64,000 nucleotides of DNA from Eledone cirrhosa (taxonomy: Eukaryota). How positions within the stretch are numbered: the first letter of the stretch is position 1; every line of letters starts with the position of its first letter. The stretch lies in assembly GCA_964016885.1 (NCBI GenBank), contig OZ024744.1, positions 106,144,001 to 106,208,000 of the forward strand. The letters run 5' to 3'. Below are positions 39,243 to 51,912 of this stretch, piece after piece. Made by a program: the position numbers and the translations under genes. The notes below the pieces were generated by a model, which was not told the origin of the DNA, did no database searches, and saw only the letters and a list, made by a program, of their open reading frames with translations.

Positions 39243-39450
39243 ATATTTATTAAAATAACAGATTAAAGTTTAAGTAAAGAATCGCTGCTTTCACCCTTAA
39301 GATCCCATTAAGGGTGAAAGCAGTGATTCTTTGCTTAAACTTTAATCTGTTATTTTAATAAATATTTGTTCTAGGGCCCTTATATATTTGATATATATTT
39401 ATCCTTATATCGAGCTCTCTTTGCATTTTAGTCTTCACATTTCTATTATT
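39243..39450. mobile_element. (TA)n-inserted palindromic element (family H3; hammerhead cut at the inversion point)
   Basis: Arms ~39243-39365; right arm AAGA-TCCCATTAAGGGT-GAAA-GCA..TGC-TT-AAACT; same sequence at 42855-42925 (minus) and 52140-52215 (plus). Confidence 0.7.
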
Positions 39451-39489
39451 ATTACTATATATATATATACATATGTGTGTATGTGTGTA

Positions 39490-39567
<78 letters not shown>

Positions 39568-39568
<1 letters not shown>

Positions 39569-39672
39569 CCCGCCGAGGTTGACTTTGCCTTTCATCTTTA
39601 CGGGGGTCGATAAAATAAAGTACCAGTAATGAACTGGGTAATTGCTGGCCTTGTGCCTAAAATAGAAACAAT
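39568..39672 (+). mobile_element. SINE family A, 5'-truncated
   Basis: CCCGCCGAGGTTGACTTTGCCTTTCATC...GGCCTTGTGCCTAAAATAGAAACAATTATT. Confidence 0.85.
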
Positions 39673-40426
39673 TATTACTATATATATACATACATATGTG
39701 TGTATGTGTGTATGTATGTGTGTATATATATATATATATTGAGTGCTTTATTCGGTTTGTCTAAAGGGATTCATTCCTTTATCTCAAATTGGAATTCACC
39801 GCCTAAACGGGGGTTACCTCCCTTGGAGAAAACCACGTGTCTGTGGCGACATTTAAAGCTACAACATACCCGCTCAGGCTAAGAACGAAAGACTTGCTGA
39901 AGAAGGAAATCCTATGTTCTGTCGTCAAAAACCATTATATTGCAGACTCCTGCAATCGGAATTTGTCGATCTTGGATTTGCAGAAACTTAGTTGTTTGCT
40001 GTATATGATGTATATTGTTGATATACGATGTAAGTTATATATTTTGCACTCAGCCTCACCGCTCTGTCCGGGTCAGTATAAAATCTTTTCCTGGGTCCTG
40101 TATTTTCGTTGCTCTAGTGATGCGGCTGGACTGCCGACCGCTATATCTGATTTGCTAAGCTGTCTGAACGTAATGTTATTACTCTGGGGTCATTCCTCCC
40201 CTGAGTGCTCAAGCTACAGACCGATTATGCATATATGCTAGCTTGGCCGTATTCTAAAGCTTCGTCAATGCTGTACTAAAATTTATATATATATATGCAA
40301 AAGTTCTATTTAAATTGTTGGGATACAACAAGTAAATATTTTTATAACTGATATAAAGCACTCGACAAGTATTTGGAGTAGATATACGATATTAACAAAT
40401 GGAAACTATATTTATAAAACCATATT

Positions 40427-40491
40427 TATTTCATTATACATATTTCAAGGATACCAAGTTAAATTATGGTATGCCTTCATCAGACAAAATA
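40427..40491 (-). ncRNA. Type I hammerhead ribozyme motif (family H1)
   Basis: Minus: TATTTTGT-CTGATGA-AGGCATACCA/TGGTATCCTT-GAAA-TATGTA-TA-ATGAAATA. Confidence 0.72.
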
Positions 40492-40960
40492 CAATATATA
40501 CCAGTTTTATAAATAAACATTGACGTACCCTTGTAATTTGTCTAAATGCATAACATGTCTCTACCTGTTTTGTTATGTCTCAGTGTGCACTGGAATGAAT
40601 GGTATCAACCTTAATATACAGAAACTGTAGTAAATTCCAGAGGTTGACTGAGGAGATGGGACTGTCTGTCTTTCCATTATTTTTTTCCATTGTCTTTGTC
40701 CTGTGCTCTCCCTGTTTTGAATTTATATACTAAAGACTTAATCATGCAGGCTTTTTTTCTTGAAACTATCATAAAATAGACATCACACTGCCTGGCCTGT
40801 TTTCCTCTAATCTCCCTGCTTACCTTTTCTATGCCTCAGTGACCTTCTTCTTTGTCTGCATGTTGGACTACAGTCTTTTTTCTCCTTTTCTCCCCTTATA
40901 TATATATACACACACATATATATATATAAATGTAATCTGAGTTTTTCGAATATTAATAAT

Positions 40961-41070
40961 TGTTTCTACTTTAGGCACAAGGCCAGCAATTATCCCAGTG
41001 TATTACTGGTACTTTATTTTATCGACCTCATAAGGATGAAAGGCAAAGTGAACCTCGGCGGGATTTGAAC
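40961..41070 (-). mobile_element. SINE family A nested in a TAATAATAAT site of an H7-family element (40925-41215)
   Basis: The host sequence is contiguous at 53937-54068 but split here at AATAATAAT, which appears on both sides of the SINE. Confidence 0.85.
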
Positions 41071-41238
41071 TAATAATAATATTCGATTTGTTTGCAATTA
41101 TACAAATAGCCTCTTTTAAGCCATGACAATAGAATGACCCGGTCATTCTTGCTCTTATGTTGGCATGTAAACAGATTACATTTATTGTATTCAGCCATGT
41201 AGAGCAATAAACTATTTGTTATATATATATATATATAT

Positions 41239-41618
41239 GGAGTCACATGGCCTAGTGGTTAGAGCATTGGCCTTGCAATCGAAAGGTTGTGAGTTCAATT
41301 CTCAGACCGGGTGATGTGTTGTTTCCTTGAGCAAGACACTTTATTTGACATTGCTCCAGTTTACTCATCTGTAGAAATGAGATGATAGGGACTGGGGTCC
41401 ATATCATTCCACTGCAAAGTGGCCGTGGACGTGCCACGGCAAAAAAGCACCCAGCCCACACTGTAAAGTGGATGTGGAGGTGCCATGGAAAAAAATCACC
41501 CAGCACTCACTGTAAATGAGGTTGGTGTTAGGAAGGGCATCCAGCTGTAGAAATCAAGCCAGGATCAGTTCCCATCCCACCCTTGCAAGCAGGGAAAAGC
41601 GGACATAAAATGATGATG

Positions 41619-41620
<2 letters not shown>
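41239..41620 (+). mobile_element. tRNA-derived SINE family B (V-domain-like centre, RTE-derived tail)
   Basis: A box TGGCCTAGTGG, B box GAGTTCAATTC, TCCTTGAGCAAGACACTT, tail CCCACCCTTGCAAGCAGGGAAAAGCGGACATAAAA(TGA)n. Confidence 0.9.
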
Positions 41621-41681
<61 letters not shown>

Positions 41682-41815
41682 AATAGTAATAATAATAAAT
41701 TTGAAGACTAAAATCCAAAGAGGGCTCGATAAGGGTAAATATATATCAAATAAATAAGAACCCTAGAGCAAATATATATATATTTAATTACGTAATAAAC
41801 AACATAAGACAATTA

Positions 41816-41888
41816 TTCCATTTACCAAAGGTTTCACGAAGACAGACGAGCTCGGCAGAGACATCTGAAATCGTTCATCAGAATGAAA
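41816..41888 (-). ncRNA. Type I hammerhead ribozyme motif (family H2, left arm of palindrome 41781-42006)
   Basis: Minus: TTTCATT-CTGATGA-ACGA..TCGT-GAAA-CC/TTT/GG-TA-AATGGAA. Confidence 0.8.
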
Positions 41889-41898
41889 ATTTAATATT

Positions 41899-41971
41899 TT
41901 TCATTCTGATGAGCGATTTCAGACGTCTCTGTTGAGCTCGTCTGTCTTCGTGAAATCTTTGGTAAATGGAA
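41899..41971 (+). ncRNA. Type I hammerhead ribozyme motif (family H2, right arm)
   Basis: TTTCATT-CTGATGA-GCGA..TCGT-GAAA-TC/TTT/GG-TA-AATGGAA. Confidence 0.78.
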
Positions 41972-42089
41972 TAATTGTCTTATGTTGTTTATTACATAAT
42001 TAAATAGCTCTGTAGCATACATATATCACTCTCCTTTCCTTTACCCTTCCTACAGAAATACTTCATATATATATATATATATATATATA

Positions 42090-42845
42090 CTAGCAGTGGT
42101 ACCCGGCGTTGCACAGGATAAGGTTTTTTGGAACGCGGGCCGCCAACAGACCTAAACGTGGAAATATGTGCCTGGACAATATGTAAAGAAAATAAACTGA
42201 ATACTCTGATGCCTGGATAATCTAAGATTTTCCTCGATGAAGCAGGAAAAAGGCAGGTTTTCACCTAATGCCCTAGGGGATCAAGAAAATGAATTTTTTT
42301 ATGTGTATAATATGCCTTGAAATTTCAGGAAAATCGGCTAGACGTAATGCCTCAAAAAGGCCCTAAAAAGCTAAAAAAATGAAGTTTTTCACCTAATGCG
42401 GGCCTTAGGCCATAAAAAAGTTGAATTTTCTTTGCTCACAGTATGAAGAAGAGACTGACTAATACATAGTTACAATTTCAAGGAAATCAGTCTGACGTAA
42501 CGCATAAAAAAACCCCTAAAGCTGGAAAAAACGTAGTTTTTCACCTAATGTAGACAGGAACTGATTTTGGCTTGATTTCTAGGGGATAAAAAAGTTGAAT
42601 TTTTTTATGTGCATAACACTCCCTGAAATATAAGCAATACACATGTAAAGTTTGAAAAAGATCGGTTGGGTACTTCTCGGGTTTCACACACACACACACA
42701 CATACACACATACATACATACATACATACATACATACATACATACATACATACATACATACATACATACATACATACATACATACATACATACATACATA
42801 CATACATACATACATACATCCTTCCTCAGTTTTATATATATATAC
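42090..42845 (-). mobile_element. Non-autonomous Helitron-like element with internal (TATG)n and three diverged subrepeats
   Basis: Minus strand starts TATATATAAAACTGAG..(TGTA)n..AACCGATCTTTTTCAAACTT and ends with a GC-rich hairpin-like CCTGTGCAACGCCGGG then CTAG; inserted in (TA)n. Confidence 0.6.
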
Positions 42846-42871
42846 ATATATAGATTAAAATAACAGATTAA

Positions 42872-42922
42872 AGTTTAAGCAAATAATCATTGCTTTCACC
42901 CTTAACGGGATCTTCTGAAACT
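42872..42922 (-). ncRNA. Variant hammerhead motif with CAGAAGA core (family H3)
   Basis: Minus: AGTTT-CAGAAGA-TCCCGTTAAGGGT-GAAA-GCAA..TTGC-TT-AAACT. Confidence 0.55.
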
Positions 42923-43049
42923 AAAAACATCAATCTGTGAACGCAAAAGTAAATATTTCGAAAAACGTTGCAACCGAAGGGAAACAGGAAGACGATACTT
43001 TGGTTCATGAAGACGTTCTCTGTCAATGAACGGAAAATAGCGAACATAA

Positions 43050-43870
43050 TACGTCATCAATGTTCGTCAGAATGTCGTAATGCAGACAGCCAGGCATACA
43101 GGCAGATATTATAAGAGCGCGACAGAGATGGATAACCGGCGCCTAACACCCCTTTAACAACAGAAAATTGAAAAATAAAAGCTGCAGTTAATATCTTTAG
43201 ACCGCAAGGAATATATAAATGCAAGTTTGAAGTCAATCGGAGTAGAAATGTGGATTTGTATAGACTTTGCAAAAATGAGGACACACACACAGACAACATC
43301 AGTTTTATATATATAAACTAGCAGAAAACCACTCGCAGGGCGGTTTTCTGCTAGTCTATATATCTAAAACAGAGAATGTATGTCTGTCTGTCAGCTCACT
43401 AAAATTTGAGAACCATCCAACCGATTGTGTTCAAACTTTAGACATGTAATACTTATATGGTCCTGTGAGTGTTTTTGAGCAAAAATTATTTCAAATTTTC
43501 AATGCCCTAGGGACCGCATTAGGCGATTTAGCGTTCTCTCTATATAATTCTTAGTCTTTCTTTTTAGATAGATACATAGATATAATGTTGCGCCCTTATA
43601 ATATCTGTCTGTATGTCTGGCTGTCTGCATTACGTCATTATGACGCGCTCAGCACGATTCACTCGGCCTCAGTGACCAAAGTCAATGGAGAGGGGAAGGT
43701 AATGTTCTGTAGCACGTGTTTTAGCGTCTATTCACTCTCCCTCTCTCCCTCCCGCTATCCCCCTCTCGTAGTCTGTCTCTTTCTTTCACTCTCACTCTCT
43801 CTCTACGCACGTCTTCCCACTGTCGGACAGACAGACAGAGAAATTGCTGGTTATATATATTAGTAGATAT
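43050..43870. mobile_element. Helitron-like non-autonomous fragments in divergent orientation around a CTAG-bounded hairpin (43317-43355)
   Basis: ACTAGCAGAAAACC..GGTTTTCTGCTAGT; CTATATATCTAAAACAGAG..TGTCTGTCTGTC..AACCGATT; 43075-43120 is the reverse complement of 43590-43635. Confidence 0.5.
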
Positions 43871-43889
43871 ATATATATATATATATATC

Positions 43890-45170
43890 AATGAAAGGGA
43901 GATCAAGAGAAATTGTAGAGATGTATTAACAAAAGAAAAGTGATGTAGGTTGTATACTAGATGGAGAGGAATGTCAGCTAGATTCCTTGCAGGCAAAAAA
44001 TGATGCTACAAATTTTACTGGGTGGGAAATGACAATGGGCTTGGGGGAGTAAAGACTATGGTAGCAGAAAAATTGCTGTAAATAGAGTGAGCAATAGAAT
44101 CATCAGACTTAGACTGGTACTAAATAAAACAACTGTATCAATTATATCTACTTATGCACTTCAATCATGGCTGTCAGATGGATTAAAAGACAGATTCTAT
44201 GAATCACTAATGCAAACAACCTGACTAATAAACGATGGGGACTTCATAATCGTTACTGGCGACCTTAATAGGCATGTCAGGCAATTTTGCGATGGCTTCG
44301 AAAGGATCCACAGAGGTTATGGAAAGTTAGAGGAAAGTTCTTGGCTTCTGGAATTCTGCAATGCCAATGACCGATCTAACTGTAATATAAACTTTAAAAA
44401 ACCAGACAATCTCCTGATCACCTATAGATAAGGTGACAGTTGTAAACACAAAGTGACAGTTGTAAACACAAAGTCCTTCACTGGTGAAGAATGCATTTCA
44501 CAACATAATCTAGTAGTTAGAGACCTCATAGTTAAGGTTAGACAAACTTGCCAACATAGCAGAGACTGGAGAAGAAAATAGGGAAGAGACCCTGCAGCCA
44601 TTAACAAATTTTAACGTATGTTGCTTGACGCTTTTGACAGTAAGGAAGAGCAAATAGAGACATACAATATAGTGGAGCAGTGGAAATACTTGAAAGATAA
44701 CCTACTGAAGGCAATAAATGAAATCGGTGGTTGGAGTAGGTCTCTAGGGAAAAGGAGAGTGACTTGATGGTGGAACAGTAGGGTGGAGGAGACAATTAAG
44801 GCCAAAATACAGGCATGGAAAGAATGGCAAAATGGGGGAAGTCGAGAGCACTACCAAGATGCTAGGTGACAGGTATATTTTGCAAGAAGGGAAGCAGAAA
44901 ATAAGAAATTTAAACATGTTCTGCATCATGAGAACCAAAGGTGTGAGGTGTTCAGGATTGTGGGTTTGTTAGGGAGAAGTGTATCTGAGAAGATAATAGA
45001 GTACTGTATAGTAAGTAAGGCAATCAAAGATATGAAGGCAGGCAAAGCAGCTGGACCTTCTAGGATAGTTCCCCAGATGCTGAAAGCATCTGGGATGGTG
45101 GGTCACACATTAACTACCCATATTGTAAACCAAGTAAATCAAAATGGTGTCATATCCAATGACTGGGTTC
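43890..45170 (+). mobile_element. Highly decayed RTE LINE fragment (endonuclease and linker)
   Basis: IVTGDLNRHV, QHNLVVRD and AIKDMKAGKAAGPSRIVPQMLKASG, homologous to the RTE at 61.7-63.8 kb; many stops. Confidence 0.8.
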
Positions 45171-45731
45171 GAATTGGTGATGCTGGCGGCGAGATATGAT
45201 CATCGCTGACAATGAAATCACAGAGAGAATCACTTATGGTTGTCTCTCAAGTCTGCTAGAAATAGCAGTCGAACTGGTTAACATACCAGGGATGTTTTTC
45301 TTCTTCTTTGATGTTATAAAATGAGTATCAATAAACCTTCCTGGGTATACCCTTATTTCATTGCAGTACTTACTTTTCGTTTGTCAGTTTTTGCTTTTGT
45401 GTGATGCGCGAAGACACCAACAAATGTCTCTCTTTTATATTATTTATAGATTATACATAAGTAAATGTGTCACCAATATACATAACATCTCAATGAAAAG
45501 CGGCACAAATACATATAGACCATCTTATACAAAATCACTGAAGAGTAGATCCCAATAAAGTAATTTAAAATAGGATGATCAGTGTTGTTCTTGATCTTGG
45601 AGACTGCAGTAAAGAAGCTTTGTGAAGTCTTCTAGCTTTAGGTTGCTTAACTAAGACTATATCCCAAGAAAAGATGCTTGTGAAGAGTTCTTATTTTAGA
45701 TTACTTTATTAAGATCTTCCCCTCAGTGAAA

Positions 45732-45861
<130 letters not shown>

Positions 45862-45939
45862 GTATATATATATATGTATATATATATATACATATATATA
45901 TATACATATACATACATATATATATATACATATACATAC

Positions 45940-46033
<94 letters not shown>

Positions 46034-46121
46034 GAGAGGTATAGAGATTGTTTTAGCGAGAAGCTAACAGCATTCTATAACATATATAGTTATGAGTTAT
46101 ATATATATATATATATATATA

Positions 46122-46582
46122 TACAATATTAAATAAATGGAAAACTATATTTATAAAACCATATCTATTTCATTATATATATTTCGGGGATATCATATTA
46201 ACAATATGCTATGCCTTCATCAGACAAAATACAATATAAACAGTTTTATAGATAAATATATTCGACATACCGTAATAAACATCAACATAATTTGAAGAGG
46301 TTCACTCTGCTAGAGTGAACCTCTTCAAATGATGTTGATGTTTATTACGGTATGTCGAATATATTTATCTATAAAACTGTTTATATTGTATTTTGTCTGA
46401 TGAAGGCATAGCATATTGTTAATATGATATCCCCGAAATATATATAATGAAATAGATATGGTTTTATAAATATAGTTTTCCATTTATTTAATATTGTAAA
46501 TATACTCCAAGTATTTGTCGAGTGCTTTTATATCAGTTATAAATATTTACTAGTTGTAACCCAACAATTTTAAATATAACTT

Positions 46583-46585
<3 letters not shown>
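46122..46585. mobile_element. Palindromic H1 element (~187-bp arms, centre 46310) with hammerheads at 46166-46231 (-) and 46389-46454 (+)
   Basis: Near-perfect inverted arms 46122-46498 plus 3' extension; TATTTTGT-CTGATGA-AGG..CATATT/AATATG..CCC-GAAA-TATATA-TA-ATGAAATA; (TA)n flanks. Confidence 0.8.
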
Positions 46586-46668
<83 letters not shown>

Positions 46669-46676
<8 letters not shown>

Positions 46677-47104
46677 TAAGAGGAATTCCAACTTTGTCTG
46701 ATTTACTCGTTTTATTTACAATCCTTTAAAATATATATAATATGGTATTATAATGAAATAGTATGATAGAATATTAAATTCTAAGTGTTAATTGAACAAG
46801 TACTTTCATGCTTTCGCAATCTTCAGGTTCATGATATGTGGTGACAGTCGAGTTTGCAATTTTCAACTGTGAAAATTGCAAACTCGACTGTCACCACATA
46901 TTATGAACCTGAAGATTGCGAAAGCATGAAAGTACTTGTTCAATTAACACTTAGAATTTAATATTCTATCATACTATTTCATTATAATACCATATTATAT
47001 ATATTTTAAAGGATTGTAAATAAAACGAGTAAATCAGACAAAGTTGTAATTCCTCTTATTAATATAATCTTCTATACACAATCATACACACCCGTGTATA
47101 TTTA

Positions 47105-47107
<3 letters not shown>
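46669..47107. mobile_element. Palindromic H4 element (~197-bp arms) with minimal hammerheads at 46793-46831 (-) and 46904-46942 (+)
   Basis: TGAAC-CTGAAGA-TTGC(GAAA)GCAT-GAAA-GTAC-TT-GTTCA; arms 46669-47066; (TA)n flanks. Confidence 0.8.
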
Positions 47108-47169
<62 letters not shown>

Positions 47170-47199
47170 AGATCAAAAGATGGTTAAAGGAGTTCCGTG

Positions 47200-47270
47200 T
47201 ATTTTATTATGCGCATTTCAAAAACAAACATCATCATGCAATAATATTTGTGTTTTCATCAGATAAAACA
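47200..47270 (-). ncRNA. Type I hammerhead motif (family H5, single arm)
   Basis: Essentially identical to 50564-50634. Confidence 0.72.
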
Positions 47271-47373
47271 GGAGAACATGATATGAAGGCTAAAGAACAC
47301 TTGTGGATAGTGCAGTTTTAAATCTTATCTGATATCTGCATTGCTTTATTGTACTACAATAAAACTCACCTCC

Positions 47374-47439
<66 letters not shown>

Positions 47440-47574
47440 CACTGAGGGGAAGATCTTAATAAAGTAATCTAAAATAAGAACTCTTCACAAGCATCTTTCC
47501 TTGGGATATAGTCTTAGTTAAGCAACCTAAAGCTAGAAGACTTCACAAAGCTTCTTTACTGCAGTTTCCAAGTT

Positions 47575-48490
47575 CATGAAATAGTCTATAATAAGACTAT
47601 ACAGAGCATTTGAAGTTTTTACAAATTGAAGGATAAGTATTTTAAACTTTATTTTATCATGAATTAAGGCTCTATTGATTTTTCCCTGGATTTCACAAAA
47701 TTCTGTGGATGAATTTATATCCTGATTCTCTTTGAGATGAGTTTGAATTATTTTCCCCACATCTTACGTTAACTATTTTTCCCATTTTGACGCTATAATC
47801 ACTTATATATTATGAAATGCTGTTCGCTTTTCGCTGCACTGTTTTCTATACCTTTCATTTTTATATTTATACTCGGATTTTTTCCTCGAGTGCTTAAATT
47901 ATTTGTGACTAATCCCGGTTTTTTTTTTTTTATAAAAAACTGCGATAATATTGCTTTTTGCTGAACTCCTTATTGTAGAGTTTTTTTTCGGAATGTTTTT
48001 GACTGCTGTTTCTTGTAGACAGACATTCGTCTCATTCTGACGTCAATAGCCATGTATTTCCTCATGTGCGTTTTTCATAATCACGCATGATGTTGAACTG
48101 GCCAGCTTTAAGATTCCCTTTTTGGCATATTAATCTGTGAGAGTCCTGGTTATCGAGTTGAGCTCTGCTGATGATGAACTCCAACCGTGACCATCTCCAC
48201 TGAAAGTTTTCATGAAATAGTCTTTAAGACTATACAGAGCATTTGAAGTTTTTACAAATTGAAGGATAAGTATTTTAAACTTTATTTTATCATGAGTTAA
48301 GGCTCTACTGATTTTTCCCTGGATTTCACTAAATTCTGTGGATGAATTTATATCCTGATTCTCTTTTGAGTTGAGTTTGAATTATTTTTCCCACATCTTA
48401 CGTTAACTATTTTCCCCATTTTGACGCTATAGTCACTTGTATATTATGAAATGCTGTTCGCTTTTCGCTGCAGTGTTTTCTATACCTTTC

Positions 48491-48495
<5 letters not shown>
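47575..48495 (+). mobile_element. Non-coding element with ~285-bp direct terminal repeats (47575-47862 / 48209-48495), Penelope pLTR-like
   Basis: TTCATGAAATAGTCT..AGACTATACAGAGCATTTG...CTATACCTTTCATTT occurs twice; the downstream copy overlaps a complete hammerhead. Confidence 0.75.
48162..48240 (+). ncRNA. Canonical type I hammerhead ribozyme (family H6)
   Basis: GCTCTG-CTGATGA-TGAA..TTCAT-GAAA-TAGTCT/TTA/AGACTA-TA-CAGAGC; perfect 6-bp stem I and 6-bp stem III. Confidence 0.85.
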
Positions 48496-48547
<52 letters not shown>

Positions 48548-48575
48548 AAAGAATAGAGGTGTAACACACAAGTTA

Positions 48576-48925
48576 TTATATATTGGTAAACGGAATAGAA
48601 AATGCTGACAAATTGTTCACAGTTGAAAAATGGTTTAATTAGGAATAAAAGAGTATTAGTGATTGTATGGGTTAGTATTCAGTTGTGGTTTTAAGTTTTT
48701 AAGTTTTTACCGGTTGCGCATTTCTAAATGCTTTTCAAAAATAATTTTGAGATAGAGTGTCCGTGCTGTTTGCTCTGATCTGAGCAACCGGTAAAAACTT
48801 AAAAACTTAAAACCACAACTGAATACTAACCCATACAATCACTAATACTCTTTTATTCCTAATTAAACCATTTTTCAACTGTGAACAATTTGTCAGCATT
48901 TTCTATTCCGTTTACCAATATATAT
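48576..48925. repeat. (TA)n-inserted inverted-repeat element (~140-bp arms, ~65-bp spacer)
   Basis: ATATTGGTAAACGGAATAG...ACCGGTTGC / GCAACCGGT...CTATTCCGTTTACCAATAT. Confidence 0.85.
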
Positions 48926-49090
48926 ATATATATACATATATGATTAGAGTGGAATAATCCACTATTATTTTTGGCATGGTGCATTAAGCTCTGGGCTAAT
49001 AATGTTCATGGAGCTTTTTTGTTGAGAAAAATAATCAATATATATTTTATATAGTATAGATTAAACCTAAATATAGTATATTTTAAAAAT

Positions 49091-49385
49091 TGAAAGGTTG
49101 TGAGTTCAAATCTCAGACCAGGTGATGTGTTGTTTCCTTGAGCAAGAGACTTTACTTCACATTGCATCAGTTGCAGAATGAGATGATAGGGACTGGGGTC
49201 CATATCACTCCACTGCAAAGTGGTCGTGGAGGTGCCACGGCAAAAAAAAGCACCCAAACTCACTGTAAATGAGGTTGGTGTTAGGAAGGGCATCCAGCTG
49301 TAGAAATCAAGCCAGCATCAGTTCCCGTCCCACCCTTGCAAACAGGGAAAAGCGGACGTAAAATGATGATGATGATGATGATGAT
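49091..49385 (+). mobile_element. SINE family B, 5'-truncated
   Basis: Matches 41280-41620; (GAT)n tail. Confidence 0.88.
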
Positions 49386-49994
49386 GATAGCATTTGCACT
49401 AAGACAGTGTTTAAGCATAATAGGTGTGTATATGCAAACATATACTAACATATACTCTACATCTATATACAATAAATATATGGTATCAAAGAAATATTTT
49501 TTTGGCATGAAAAGATGTATTTTTCTCTATTTTCCTATGTGAATATATCACAGAGTTGCCAGTGTTTTGAGAATGTCAGACAGTGCTATTTCAAGATTTG
49601 TTAATATTTCACCAGTGATACTCAATTAACCAGTACTGGCATGGAAATAGACTAGAATCTATAAAGAATTCAGTGTGATCATCATTTGCTGGAGATGCTT
49701 ATTTGAATGCAAATAGCAAACAGCAGCTGGAAATGCTTATTTGCATATAGTGCGAATTTTGATGGTTATATATAATTGGTGGTAGTATTAAGTCAGTGGG
49801 TAAGTATATATATATATACAAACATATATAAGAGGTGTATATGAAAACATATATAGACATACTGTATGTCTATATACAATAAACATGTGGGTAGCTTCGC
49901 TATCAAAGAAAAATATTTTTTGTTGCTTTTAACTTTACTCTAAAGTTGTCTTAATACTTGAAGGTTTATAACTTGCTCAATGCTTCTAAAAATA

Positions 49995-50500
49995 GATTTT
50001 ACTCCCATTTGACCACAAAATGTTTCTCTCTACGTACAAAACTGTATAATGCCTGTGTGTGGTGTATGATGCTGCATGGGAGTGGGAAATGGACTGTGAC
50101 TGGAAGACATGCATAGACAAGAGAGAAATAAAGCAGCCATGCTTCGTTGGATGTGCAACATGAATGTGAGAGAAAGACAGAACTTGGATGAGAGTTGAGA
50201 GAGAAGCTGGGAAGGGGAATTAAAAATGATGTGCAGGAGAGATGACTGCACTGGTTTGGACATGTGATGTACATGGACAGTAATCATTTGGCGAAGAAGT
50301 GTCAAGAAATGTCAGTAGAAGGTAGCTGCAGTAGAGGTAGACCAAGAAAGACCTGGACAGAGGTTGTGAGAGCTGATCTCAAATCACTGAGATTAACAGA
50401 GACAATGACAAAGGATCACGACGTGTTGAGAGATGCTGTGCTGAGAAGGACCTATGGCATCCATGCAAGCATGGGAAAGCGGACATAAAAAAATAATGAA
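49995..50500 (+). mobile_element. Decayed RTE LINE 3' end
   Basis: LYNACV..MLHGS, WFGHVM, GRPRKTWTEVVRADLKSL, tail GCAAGCATGGGAAAGCGGACATAAAA. Confidence 0.85.
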
Positions 50501-50501
50501 G

Positions 50502-50525
<24 letters not shown>

Positions 50526-50533
<8 letters not shown>

Positions 50534-50950
50534 AGATCAAAAGATGGTTAAAGGAGTTCCATGTATTTTATTATGCGCATTTCAAAAACAAACATCATCA
50601 TGCAATAATATTTGTGTTTTCATCAGATAAAACAGGAGAACATGATATGAAGGCTAAAAAACACTTGTGGATAGTGCAGTTTTAAATCAACATATATGTT
50701 GATTTAAAACTGCACTATCCACAAGTGTTTTTTAGCCTTCATATCATGTTCTCCTGTTTTATCTGATGAAAACACAAATATTATTGCATGATGATGTTTG
50801 TTTTTGAAATGCGCATAATAAAATACATGGAACTCCTTTAACCATCTTTTGATCTTATATTATGTATACTCCAGTCCTACAAACTGTAGAGTGCTTCTTA
50901 TCCGATATCTGCATTGCTTTATTGTACTACAATAAAACTCACCTCCTACA
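50526..50950. mobile_element. Palindromic H5 element (~169-bp arms, centre 50694/5) with hammerheads at 50564-50634 (-) and 50755-50825 (+)
   Basis: TGTTTTAT-CTGATGA-AAAC..TTTT-GAAA-TGCGCA-TA-ATAAAATA; arms 50526-50863; (TA)n flanks. Confidence 0.8.
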
Positions 50951-51334
50951 TTATATATATATATATATATATACTGGGACCATAAGACAGAAGTTGCAGA
51001 GTTGTTTTTAAAATATTTCATTTGTTATTCTTTACATGTATTGCTACTTTTAATTGTCTAATACTCCAGCAGCACCAGCACCAACAACAACAGCAGCAGC
51101 AACAGCAGTAGCAGCAACAACAGCAGCAGCAACAGCAGTCTAGAACGGATTGTATGATTTGTTCAAATTCTGAAAAAATATTGCAGTGTTTACAGCTTCT
51201 CAGAAGAAATGAAATATATTTTTGATGTAAAATTGAGAAATGTGTTTTAACCATAGTGGCATTGTGGGCAGGGACCGCATAGATGACTAATTATTGTGCA
51301 AGGTTTAGTGGAGCAATCTGATGGTTCAATCAGC

Positions 51335-51487
51335 CAACACTCTACCAATACTGCCAATTTACTACCAATAATGCTTTCTTTCAATAATTGTTTCTACATT
51401 TGGCACAAGGCCATCAATAACCCAGTACATTACTGGTACTTTATTTTATCGACCCCGTAAGGATGAAAGGTAAAGTTAACCTCGGCT
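51335..51487 (-). mobile_element. SINE family A fragments
   Basis: GGCACAAGGCC..ACTGGTACTTTATTTTATCGACCCCGTAAGGATGAAAGG. Confidence 0.75.
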
Positions 51488-51912
51488 TACTTTCAATAAT
51501 AACAACAAAAACAACTATTTTGAGAAGAAAATATACCATTTTTAATAAGAATCACATTGATATGATACTCATTATAGAATTACACATGAAACATCTCTGT
51601 GTGTTAAAGGAAATTGAGCAAAAATAAAACCCAAGGCCTTCCTTTTTCATATTTTCAAATTAAAACTCTTCTGTTTTCTTTTCCTGGCTAAGAAATAGAG
51701 ACAATCAGGAATCTACTTCTAGTTGTATGACTGAGCTGATATCAAGCTGCCACCCCTCTCTCCATATACACACATATATATACAATGATATTAAATAAAT
51801 GGAAACTATATTTATAAATGGAAACTATATTTATAAAACCATATATATTTATCAGTCCAACTGATAAGGTATGATTTTCATGGGTATGTCTCTATTTATA
51901 AAACAAACTTTC

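Noticed and set aside
39745-40285. ORF 39837-40241 as a Penelope coding remnant
   Set aside because: No RT or GIY-YIG motif recognised on either strand
41239-41310. tRNA gene at SINE B heads (also 54445 and 32861)
   Set aside because: No closed acceptor stem; the sequence continues into the SINE body and RTE tail
45280-45430. Minus-strand donor-like sites as first exon or promoter of the unknown gene
   Set aside because: Only short motifs; cannot be supported without transcript data
48690-48745. Degenerate hammerhead-like motif on the minus strand (TTGAAAA...GCAA-CCGG-TA)
   Set aside because: Three core substitutions; not counted as a ribozyme
51018-51254. Poly-Cys or poly-Gln ORF
   Set aside because: (CAG/CAA)n microsatellite without splice signals
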